64,000 bases of DNA from Candidatus Thorarchaeota archaeon (GTDB taxonomy: Archaea > Asgardarchaeota > Thorarchaeia > Thorarchaeales > Thorarchaeaceae), in assembly GCA_019057475.1 (NCBI GenBank), contig DXJO01000001.1, forward strand, positions 38,028 through 102,027, read 5' to 3'. The notes below the pieces were generated by a model. That model ran no database searches and was not told the origin of the DNA. It saw only the letters and a program-made list of their open reading frames with translations. This document shows, piece after piece, positions 29,289-37,680 of the stretch (positions within the stretch are counted from its first letter, which is position 1; each line of letters opens with the position of its first letter). The translations under genes and the position numbers were made by a program.

Positions 29289-29822
29289 TTGATAACATCG
29301 GAGAGCATCCATCGGATGAGAAGAGAGGCAGGTCTAACTCAATCTGAACTTGCCATAGAAGTGGGAGTATCTCAGTCCTACATTGCGCGGATAGAGAATG
29401 GCACCCTTGACCCAAAACTATCGATTGCTAACAAAATTATCCAAGTATTCAACATCCGGAGTCCTCAACGGTGTGGAGATATCATGACTGCAAATCCCCT
29501 CACGATTGACGCTCGCAAATCTGTTTCAGTGGCTGTTCAAGCCATGCGCCAACGAAATTTCTCACAACTGCCTGTAGTACGTGGGGAACGAATCGTGGGG
29601 ATTGTCACAGAACGCGATATCGTGCGCAACCTCCAACATGACTTGGATACACTGTCCGTTCAGGCGATCATAAGCTCAGGTGGTGTGCCTACAGTTGATG
29701 AAAGCACACCCGTTGACGCAATCATACCGCTATTGGAGTCCTACCAAGCGGTTGTTATCCAGAATCTGGGGCGAGTCACCGGCATAATCTCTCGATCGGA
29801 TCTCCTGAGGGCTAAGAGGTGA
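29289..29822 (+). CDS. XRE-family HTH regulator with tandem CBS domains
   Basis: RREAGLTQSELAIEVGVSQSYIARIENG..DPKLS; CBS pair FSQLPVV...GIVTERD / GIISRSDLL. Confidence 0.93.
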   Translation: MITSESIHRMRREAGLTQSELAIEVGVSQSYIARIENGTLDPKLSIANKIIQVFNIRSPQRCGDIMTANPLTIDARKSVSVAVQAMRQRNFSQLPVVRGERIVGIVTERDIVRNLQHDLDTLSVQAIISSGGVPTVDESTPVDAIIPLLESYQAVVIQNLGRVTGIISRSDLLRAKR

Positions 29823-29932
29823 TTGGGTGAGCTGTTGTGCTGTACTCAGGAATGAGTTGCATTCATCTTGTCTGCCCCCGCAGAATGAATTATATGTTCT
29901 AACTAAGAGAGGACCTTGGAGTAGAAGAAATC

Positions 29933-30589
29933 GTGGCAAGTGAATTGGAAATCCTTGAGGACCTCCGCGAGGGCATAGACACTTTCGTGGAGCGCTGGTC
30001 GAAGATTCAGCGCAACTCAATGAAGTCCATTCAAGCGGTGACCAACACGCTAGTTCAGATTGAGCATCTTGATGGTCCCTTGGGAAAACTCCAAGGATTC
30101 AAGAACATACGTGAGAACACGAGGGGCAAGCTATTGGTCAATTTATTCGACAAGCTCGTGCCCTCTCTTGAAAGCTCTATCAAGGAATTCAGCAAGCTCA
30201 TGAAGATGTTTGAGAGTCTAAGGAAGAAGGTTTCGGATATCCAAACTTTCAATGAGTCCTTGAGAGGCATTCTTGATGAATCTTCAGACTTGGAAGATTT
30301 CGTAGGGTTCCTAGAGCTAATCATCATCAGTGTTCAGGACATACTGACGATGTTCGAGGCAGAGTTTCTGGTCAAGACGACCATCTTCCGAGACCTTGAG
30401 GAGGGAACTGTTGACCTGGCGGTTGTTAGCAATTACCTTACAGTCTGGATAGCTGAGCCGAACATCGAACCACATGCCTTAGAGAAGCTTCTGAAGGATT
30501 TGGATGAACACTTCGAGTTGCTACGAGATGTCTTTACTGGCAAGACGCATATCAGAATCCCCGACACTCACAGGAAGATGCCCTACTGA
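29933..30589 (+). CDS. CINP/C1orf109-like helical protein (candidate eukaryotic signature protein)
   Basis: C-terminal ILTMFEAEFLVKTTIFRDL...SNYLTVWIAEPNIE resembles the recalled CINP C-terminus; LGKLQGFKNIRENTRGK resembles the C1orf109 family; similar length. Confidence 0.6.
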   Translation: MASELEILEDLREGIDTFVERWSKIQRNSMKSIQAVTNTLVQIEHLDGPLGKLQGFKNIRENTRGKLLVNLFDKLVPSLESSIKEFSKLMKMFESLRKKVSDIQTFNESLRGILDESSDLEDFVGFLELIIISVQDILTMFEAEFLVKTTIFRDLEEGTVDLAVVSNYLTVWIAEPNIEPHALEKLLKDLDEHFELLRDVFTGKTHIRIPDTHRKMPY

Positions 30590-30628
30590 TTCACAGAATG
30601 GAACTAGCGTCAAGTGGATATCGCGAAT

Positions 30629-32263
30629 TCACTTTCCTTCTTCAATCTGCCTTTTCACCATGTGGAGACTGTTGAGGTCATCCTCCAAGGCTGCTTTTTG
30701 GTCTGCGTAGACGCTCTCACGTAGCCTTCCTTTCTCGTACTCCTGCTCATAGTACGAAAGCTTCTGTTGAAGAATCTGTTCTCGAGCGGTAACTTCGAGC
30801 AGTCGGGCTCTTTTCTCGGCCGCCATCTTTCGAAGATTATCTTCAAGCGTGAATATCTCTTCTTCCAGCTCTGCCTTCAGCCGCTTATACAACGATGCTT
30901 CAACTCTGCGCTCAGTATATTCGTCAACAAGGCTCAGCAGAGCGTGGCGTGTTGCATTTCGCTGAGTCGATATCTCTTCAAAGATGTCCTCCTCCTCGAT
31001 CAGGTTGAGCCTCTCGGCAAGGAATGGAGTTGTAAGCCCTTGAAGAAGGAGACTGACCATGAGCACGATGAACACCAATGAACTGATCGTTTGACCAAGA
31101 GTTGCTTGGTCCGGGACTGTGTATGCTGGGTTGGTTATCACAGCAACCGCTATCGCTGCAAGGGCGGCACTAGCGACGCCTTTCACACCCGCCCAACTTA
31201 GGAAAAGTCGCTCTTTCATTGAAATGCTCCGGTCTAGCATAGTAATAGCGAAGACAATTGCTGGCCTAGCCACGAAGATGACTAGTGCTGCTATGCCGAT
31301 TCCCAGAGGAAGAATGTAAGGGGTAGTGAGTATGAATTCGGTATTGACTGTCAACCCCATTAGGAGGAAAATAACTATTTCAAATGCAAATGAAACATTC
31401 TTCGTCGTTGTTCGCATTGAAACTCGGGGCAGGGGGTCTAGACCCAGCCTGCGTGGGTTGGCCATGAATATTCCCGCGAATACCGCAGCCAGTATTCCTG
31501 GATGAATTCCAAGCCCTACTGTTGCTTGTCCAAACCCGGTTATCGCCTCTCCGATTCCATAAGCTAGGATGGGCGTCAAGGCTGTCATAATGGTGACGTT
31601 GGTGTCGTCTTTGGTCATGAGAATAATTTTCCCAATTGCGAATGCCACTCCAAGCCCCACGATCACTCCGAGTCCTATGCTTAGGACAAACCCTGTTAGC
31701 ATGGCTCCCGCTGTCTGTTCAAGCTCTGGGACTACTCCAGCGACAAACACAGTTAGGACCAAAATTACTGCAGTCGCGTCATTGAACACAGCTTCTCCCT
31801 CAAGTATGGATGAGAGCTTCTTTTTCACTCGAACTCCCCCTGATTCGAGAACTGAAAACAGAGCTGCGGGATCTGTTGGTGTCAGAATCGAACCTATCAA
31901 GAGTGCCACGTACAGACCAACTGCTGGAAAAACGGCGAGTATCGTAACACCGGCAACAAGTGCGGTTGCTAGTACTCCCAGTGTGGATAGAAGCAGGATT
32001 AATTTCGCTGAAGCCGCTAGTTCCCTGATGTTCATTGTGAGTCCTGCATAGAAAAGGACTGTGGCTAGAGTAAGCTGAGCGATGAAATCCAGTCCGATTA
32101 GGTCAATAAGACCCTCGGTAGGTATCCATTGACCGAGCAATAGTCCCGCAAGGATTAGCGGAATCGGGTATGGAAACTTATAGTTGCCAGCGATTTTTGC
32201 CAGCGCAGCCCCCGCTATGAGAATGATAGCAGCTAGGAAAAGCAGGGGGGTTTCCAGAGCCAA
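30629..32263 (-). CDS. CPA1/NhaP-type cation:proton antiporter with C-terminal coiled-coil tail
   Basis: ILTPTDPAA, LEGEAVFNDA, WAGVKG; about 13 TM helices and a charged helical tail. Confidence 0.92.
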   Translation of the reverse strand: MALETPLLFLAAIILIAGAALAKIAGNYKFPYPIPLILAGLLLGQWIPTEGLIDLIGLDFIAQLTLATVLFYAGLTMNIRELAASAKLILLLSTLGVLATALVAGVTILAVFPAVGLYVALLIGSILTPTDPAALFSVLESGGVRVKKKLSSILEGEAVFNDATAVILVLTVFVAGVVPELEQTAGAMLTGFVLSIGLGVIVGLGVAFAIGKIILMTKDDTNVTIMTALTPILAYGIGEAITGFGQATVGLGIHPGILAAVFAGIFMANPRRLGLDPLPRVSMRTTTKNVSFAFEIVIFLLMGLTVNTEFILTTPYILPLGIGIAALVIFVARPAIVFAITMLDRSISMKERLFLSWAGVKGVASAALAAIAVAVITNPAYTVPDQATLGQTISSLVFIVLMVSLLLQGLTTPFLAERLNLIEEEDIFEEISTQRNATRHALLSLVDEYTERRVEASLYKRLKAELEEEIFTLEDNLRKMAAEKRARLLEVTAREQILQQKLSYYEQEYEKGRLRESVYADQKAALEDDLNSLHMVKRQIEEGK

Positions 32264-32274
32264 CCAATAGCACC

Positions 32275-32898
32275 TCAGATTTCAGCGACAATAACCGCGC
32301 ATTCCTTCATGTAGTCAGAGATATGTTCCAAGTCTGATACGATCTTCCTCATTACGTAGCAAAGAAAGTCAGAGTTTCCTCCAGTGGCCGTGGAAATCTG
32401 GCGGCAGATAACGATGTTATCTTCGTCAACTTCGCGTTCCAAACGCCGCACTGTTTCGAGAGCAGATACAGCTGATTCTGGGTCTTCCTCGCACAGCTTG
32501 ATCAAGTTGCTCAAGGCCAGAAATTGTTCGTTAACTTTCTGTGCAATGCTCGTCAAGGAATCCATATAGATTTCATTGAAGCTATCGTTCCGCACCATGT
32601 CCATCATCGCTGAAACGTTTGCAAAAGTACACTGGATCCTTAACAAGTAGGACATTGCAGCCTGGGCCGTGATGCCAAGGTCATTTCGCGGCAATCTGGC
32701 TGAAAATTTGTAAGCGTCCACAAGTCCTTTTAGTTGACGCGTTATCTTTTGACGCTGCTCTATCCATTCTTCGAAGGATGTGCTGTCTGGACAACAGAGC
32801 TTGTTGTTTATCAGCTCGCTGATTGTCGCTTGCTTATCGATAATGACGCTCAAATACTCAAGTATCTGAGTTTTATCAATCTCTTCGGACTCTGCCAT
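32275..32898 (-). CDS. PhoU/DUF47-like helical protein
   Basis: VRRLEREVDE and DLEHISDY motifs. Confidence 0.65.
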   Translation of the reverse strand: MAESEEIDKTQILEYLSVIIDKQATISELINNKLCCPDSTSFEEWIEQRQKITRQLKGLVDAYKFSARLPRNDLGITAQAAMSYLLRIQCTFANVSAMMDMVRNDSFNEIYMDSLTSIAQKVNEQFLALSNLIKLCEEDPESAVSALETVRRLEREVDEDNIVICRQISTATGGNSDFLCYVMRKIVSDLEHISDYMKECAVIVAEI

Positions 32899-33153
32899 CT
32901 ACTCCTCCTCCTTTGGCTCCACTAAGGCCCATGATAATGTGATACTGAGACGGACCGATTTTTTTCTCAGGCTCACTTCCAAGCCGGTTTCCACAGGCTC
33001 ACCAAGAGGTAACTCAATTACACCCGTCTTTAGGCTGGGCATTCGTAGTTCCAGCCTTTGCCCCTCCTTGACATCCTCCGACAATTTGGAGAATAGCTCG
33101 GCGAGCGAGGAAAGAGTCATCTCCTCTTCGAACTCGTATTCGTCAATCTGCAT
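32899..33153 (-). CDS. Amphi-Trp domain-like small protein
   Basis: MQIDEYEFEEEMTLSSLAELFSKLSEDV...LSITLSW: amphipathic helix and terminal Trp. Start placed at ATG 33153. Confidence 0.6.
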   Translation of the reverse strand: MQIDEYEFEEEMTLSSLAELFSKLSEDVKEGQRLELRMPSLKTGVIELPLGEPVETGLEVSLRKKSVRLSITLSWALVEPKEEE

Positions 33154-33426
33154 ATTGAAACAGCCCCTTGTTTTAGGCTCACCATTCTGACATAATGATG
33201 CTAATCTCCTTTTTAGCCTAGTCCTTTGGCTCCTTGCTCTCATTTGAAGTGTTGTTCCGTGTGGTTGCAATAGCATACGTCAAGCTTTTGATGCTCCAGA
33301 AACTGGCTTAATCAAGGCGCGGTCCGAGTAAGAATTGGATTGCCATTTTGATGGGAGCAATGCTACCAAGAACCATTAGCCTTAATTGGAATTCTCTTGA
33401 TTGAACGGGCAATCTACTGAGGTCTC

Positions 33427-34578
33427 ATGATGGCCAATAACGACGAAGATATGCTAGTCACCCCGTGGGAGGTCCGAGGCAAGATTGACTATGACCGCCT
33501 CATCAAGCAGTTCGGCACGCAGAGAATAACTCCCGACTTGAAGGCACGAATCAACAAGATTACAAAAGACAGACACATCATGCTAGAGCGGGATTACTTC
33601 TTCTCTCATCGAGACCTTGATTGGATTCTCGATGAATATGAGAAGAAAAATAAATTCGTTCTATACACTGGTCGAGGCCCTAGTGGTCACACACACATTG
33701 GTCATCTTCCAACGTGGATGTTCACCAAATGGATGCAGGACAAGTTTGACACACGTCTGTATTTCCAGATGACCAATGACGAGAAGTACTTCTTTGACAC
33801 GCATCTCAGTCTCGATGATGTCAGGCGATTCACATATGAGAACACTCTAGATTTGCTTGCACTTGGTTTCGAACCCGAAAACACATACATCATAGATGAT
33901 ATCGAGCATATCGATCTCCTCTATGAACTGGCTGTTCAGGTCGCAAGGAAGGTCACATTCTCGACCGTCAAGGCAGTCTTCGGATTCAACAGTAGCACGA
34001 ATATTGGCTCTAATTGGCACCCGGCGATTCAGGCTGTGCCGGCATTCCTTCATTCGTGGATATATGGCAAGAAAACGCCTTGCATCATTCCGTGTGCGAT
34101 TGATCAAGATCCCTTCTGGCGAGTAACTCGTGATGTGGCGGAACGACTTGGCTACTACAAGCCAGCCAGCATTCAAAACAAGTTCGTACCGGGGCTGAAG
34201 GAAGGCGGGAAGATGTCTGCTTCAGATCCAATGTCGACCGTTTTCACAACTGACAGTCCCAAAATGGCCAAGAAGAAAGTCATGGCTGCTTTCACCGGAG
34301 GAAGGGCAACAGTAAAGGAACAACGCGAACTTGGTGCGAACCCCGATATCTGTAGCGTCTTCAAGTACTACAAGTACATCTTCATGCCTGACGACAAGGA
34401 CCTCAAAGACATAGAGCAGAAATGTCGGGGCGGTGAGATCCTCTGCGGCGAGTGCAAGCAGATTCTAGCACCGATGATGATGGAATTCCTTGAGAATCAC
34501 CAAGCGGCTCGTGAGGATGTGAAAGACCGAGTAGAGGAGTTCTCTGCCGCGCGACTCCGCGACGAAGTACGAAGGTAG
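33427..34578 (+). CDS. trpS: Tryptophanyl-tRNA synthetase (archaeal/eukaryotic type)
   Basis: VTPWEV, YTGRGPS..HIGH, AIDQDPFWR, KMSAS, GEILCGECK. Confidence 0.97.
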   Translation: MMANNDEDMLVTPWEVRGKIDYDRLIKQFGTQRITPDLKARINKITKDRHIMLERDYFFSHRDLDWILDEYEKKNKFVLYTGRGPSGHTHIGHLPTWMFTKWMQDKFDTRLYFQMTNDEKYFFDTHLSLDDVRRFTYENTLDLLALGFEPENTYIIDDIEHIDLLYELAVQVARKVTFSTVKAVFGFNSSTNIGSNWHPAIQAVPAFLHSWIYGKKTPCIIPCAIDQDPFWRVTRDVAERLGYYKPASIQNKFVPGLKEGGKMSASDPMSTVFTTDSPKMAKKKVMAAFTGGRATVKEQRELGANPDICSVFKYYKYIFMPDDKDLKDIEQKCRGGEILCGECKQILAPMMMEFLENHQAAREDVKDRVEEFSAARLRDEVRR

Positions 34579-34670
34579 AATGTTACCCTTATCGCTTTGG
34601 CAGCGCCGAGCAGGCCCAAAACTATAATTGGGTTCAGGAGCGAAAATCAAACCGTGGTGGGAGAGCTGCA

Positions 34671-35351
34671 ATGATGGGGAATGGGGAACATGACGACGTT
34701 AGGGCTACTGAAAACTCCGCCGGCACCATAAGGTTGGCGCTGATTCTTGGGATTCCAGGTGTTATCATCATAATCGCCACGCAAGTTGCTGGTGCCTTAG
34801 CGATGATGATGCTTTTCGATGGGTTGGTTAACCTCTCGGAGCTTGGAGCCTTGATGTATCACGTTTACCAAGTGGCCTTCGTAGGGTCAGTCTTGGTTAC
34901 GGTTGGATTTATTGGTCTTGCGAGGAAACACGGCAGTACCTTGAGTTGGGTCTTTTTGGCTACATGGTTTGTGAGGACTGCATTGGTGTACTATGTCACT
35001 CCTTTGATAGCCAGCAGTCCTTACTACGGCGTAGCAAGCTTTGTGTGGTTTCTTGCTATTACATTGGCAAATAGCTATGTCCTTTGGACTATTCATCAAA
35101 GCACAGTTCATCCTCCGCTCACGATTGTGCTAATCGTGAGTTGGCTTGTAGGTCCATCAATTGTTTCCATCTTGGCATCTCTGCTGCTTGAGGTGATATG
35201 GCCCTACGAGTCAGGGATGGCATATCTCATGTATTCCTCGGTCAATATCCCCGTCTATGCTTTTACATCGATCATGACGTTGCTGATCTTTTTTGTGGAG
35301 GCTCGACGCCTGAATCAAACCAAACACCTGGGGTCTGAGCTCCAGAGCTAG
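34671..35351 (+). CDS. Hypothetical multi-pass membrane protein
   Basis: About six hydrophobic helices. Confidence 0.6.
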   Translation: MMGNGEHDDVRATENSAGTIRLALILGIPGVIIIIATQVAGALAMMMLFDGLVNLSELGALMYHVYQVAFVGSVLVTVGFIGLARKHGSTLSWVFLATWFVRTALVYYVTPLIASSPYYGVASFVWFLAITLANSYVLWTIHQSTVHPPLTIVLIVSWLVGPSIVSILASLLLEVIWPYESGMAYLMYSSVNIPVYAFTSIMTLLIFFVEARRLNQTKHLGSELQS

Positions 35352-35446
35352 TCCCTGTAATATCACTACAAGTTATTGTAGACCATTACCACATCACCGC
35401 AAGTAATAATAGAATTCGCGGAGAAAATCAGTTTCAGAACCAGTTA

Positions 35447-36493
35447 ATGGAGAGTTTAACAATGGGATCGGAAGCACAGACGGCAACCACTTTCAAGTGC
35501 CCCGTCTGCAATGGAAATGTGCGGACCGGACCCGACGATGTGGTTATCACATGCACCTACTGCGGTGGCACTACCACAATCGAAGGCAAAGCGATAGGCG
35601 ACCATTTGATGGAAGATGCTGTTGACGCTGAAGAGCGTGAAGAGGGCTTCCGCAAGTTTCTCGACAAGAACAAGGGGATGAACAAGTCACTAGTGACTGC
35701 ATCTCACATTGCCGAGAATAGGTTGATCTACGTCCCGATCTGGACATCAAAAGTAAAAGCTGACTCTTGGTACAAGGGCTATAAAACCATCCAAGTGCCA
35801 GTTCAGAAGACGAGAACTGTTAGAGACTCAGAAGGCAAATCTCGAACTGAAACCTACACCGACTATGAGACGGGATATGTGCCAGTGCAGGACGAAATCC
35901 ATACTGACACAGACGAGCGGCTCCTAGCAAGGAAGGGTGCCAAGTTCTATGGTCTTGAAGAGTATCTCGAGAAAATTAGCCTTAAGAACACTGAGCCTTA
36001 CAATTTCGAGAAAATCAAGGACTTGGAGCCTATCATGCTCAATGCAGAGATTGGCATGGAGGAATCCGAGAAGGCCGTACACAGTCGTGTTGCGGATAGA
36101 CATCGCGCGCAGGCAAAGGGCGGGCTCACAGAACTATTCGATTGTAGGACCACGACCAATGTAAGAGGAACAACCTACCTTCAAGTTCCATTTGCATTGA
36201 TTCGCTACAAGTTCCAAGGTGACCTGTACAAATGTGCCATTGATGGCCATACTGGGAAAGTGGTCTTTGGTGAGATTCCAATAACTCGCGGTCAGCGCAT
36301 TATGTACACTTTGATGGGCCTTATTGGAACTCTGTTCGCAGGCATTGGCGCGGAGATATTCTCGTGGGGCCTCGAAGCAGAAACATTTGAGATGCTACAC
36401 TTTGGCGGCATAGCCGCTGCTATCATCGGCATAGCGATGGCGCTCTTTGGCTTCAAAACGTTGCTGATGACTCAGCGGGAGAAGAAGGGGTGA
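35447..36493 (+). CDS. Zinc-ribbon membrane protein (YdjG-like), copy 1
   Basis: CPVCNG...CTYCG, YVPIW, VP...Y.F.G..Y...IDG.TG, two C-terminal TM helices. Confidence 0.8.
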   Translation: MESLTMGSEAQTATTFKCPVCNGNVRTGPDDVVITCTYCGGTTTIEGKAIGDHLMEDAVDAEEREEGFRKFLDKNKGMNKSLVTASHIAENRLIYVPIWTSKVKADSWYKGYKTIQVPVQKTRTVRDSEGKSRTETYTDYETGYVPVQDEIHTDTDERLLARKGAKFYGLEEYLEKISLKNTEPYNFEKIKDLEPIMLNAEIGMEESEKAVHSRVADRHRAQAKGGLTELFDCRTTTNVRGTTYLQVPFALIRYKFQGDLYKCAIDGHTGKVVFGEIPITRGQRIMYTLMGLIGTLFAGIGAEIFSWGLEAETFEMLHFGGIAAAIIGIAMALFGFKTLLMTQREKKG

Positions 36494-37467
36494 TAATCAT
36501 GGCAAGATGTGCATTTTGTGATGCGGACTTTGAGACCGGACCTGGTGACGTTCTTCTGGTCTGCCCGTACTGCGGGACAGCTCAGACAACTGATGGTACC
36601 AAGTTCAAAAACCACTATATGATTCGCGTACACTTCGATCAGACTGAGGCTCAGACAACATTGCTTGACTGGGTATCCAAACAACTTGGAGCACCGCAAG
36701 ATTTGGCGGCCGCAGCTAGGTTCCTCCAGTACAAACAGATTTGGTACCCGTTCTGGATCAGCAGAGTAGATGCTCAATCGGAGTATAGCGGCATTGGCCG
36801 TGATGCAGAGTTCCACAACGAGTGGCCACAACGCAGAGGCGCCTACAAACGAATCCGGTTCATCGAAAAGCCTGAATCCGGTCAATTCACAAGGCGACAT
36901 GAGATCAAGATACCTGGTGCTTCCGGAATTGACGAGGATGTACAAGCGCACCCAATCCCCACAAGGGCTAAAGAGTTCTTCAGTCATGCTCATGCGGAGG
37001 AGTTTGACAGCAAGGTCCTTCACAGTCAGATGAATGAGGAACAGGCCAGGACGAAAGCCAAGAAGATTGCCCACGACAAGCAGACTGCGCTCATAATGGA
37101 TGAGGTTACCAAGGTTACACATAGAACTGACAACCTTGACGTCGGTGAAACCTACCTCGTTCATGTGCCAGTCTGGGAGCTCGAGTACCGCTACGGAAAG
37201 GGGAAGTACAAGGCCTCTGTCGCGGCCGCCACAGGCTACGTCATCGAGAGCAAGTATCCCCGATCCATGACGTTCCGTGCAATGGGCATCGGAATCGGTC
37301 TGCTCGCTCTGCTGGTTGGCGCTGGCCTATTGGCAATGGGCTTTGGCTATCTGGGCTTCTCGATATTTCCAATGTTCGGAATAATATCAGGCGGCATCTT
37401 CGCATTGCTTGGACTTGTTCTGTTGTACAAGGGAATATCTCGCAAAGAAGCAAAAGAGACGCTATAG
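36490..37467 (+). CDS. Zinc-ribbon membrane protein (YdjG-like), copy 2
   Basis: CAFCD...CPYCG, WYPFW, VPVW..EY.Y...Y...V.A.TG, two C-terminal TM helices; overlaps copy 1. Confidence 0.8.
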   Translation: MIIMARCAFCDADFETGPGDVLLVCPYCGTAQTTDGTKFKNHYMIRVHFDQTEAQTTLLDWVSKQLGAPQDLAAAARFLQYKQIWYPFWISRVDAQSEYSGIGRDAEFHNEWPQRRGAYKRIRFIEKPESGQFTRRHEIKIPGASGIDEDVQAHPIPTRAKEFFSHAHAEEFDSKVLHSQMNEEQARTKAKKIAHDKQTALIMDEVTKVTHRTDNLDVGETYLVHVPVWELEYRYGKGKYKASVAAATGYVIESKYPRSMTFRAMGIGIGLLALLVGAGLLAMGFGYLGFSIFPMFGIISGGIFALLGLVLLYKGISRKEAKETL

Positions 37468-37480
37468 AATAGAAGCATCC

Positions 37481-37504
37481 GAGGAGGGGGGCAACTCCCT
37501 TCTC
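37481..37504 (+). terminator. Stem-loop with GNRA loop
   Basis: GAGGAGGGGG-GCAA-CTCCCTTCTC, 13 nt after the stop at 37467. Confidence 0.55.
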
Positions 37505-37680
37505 TCTCTGAACATTGCAGTTTTCCAAAGAGCGTTATCATTCGCTCTTGGAAAGGAAGCCATCTTAGACGACGCGTGGGATAGCCAATCTCCCTCTGAA
37601 TTCTTGTACTATTTCAAAGGTGAAGTTGCTCACAAACGTTTTATGGCTAACTGTGTGTGTAAGCGGCTAGGTGTGTTAGC

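Noticed and set aside
33154-33426. Riboswitch or leader between the antiporter operon and trpS
   Set aside because: Only short, distant complementary hexamers; no fluoride or other recognisable aptamer.
27610-35360. Shared GTCCCTGTA word upstream of 27023 and 35447 as a regulon motif
   Set aside because: Only 9 bp, in opposite orientation relative to the genes, and absent upstream of the SPFH gene; plausibly chance.
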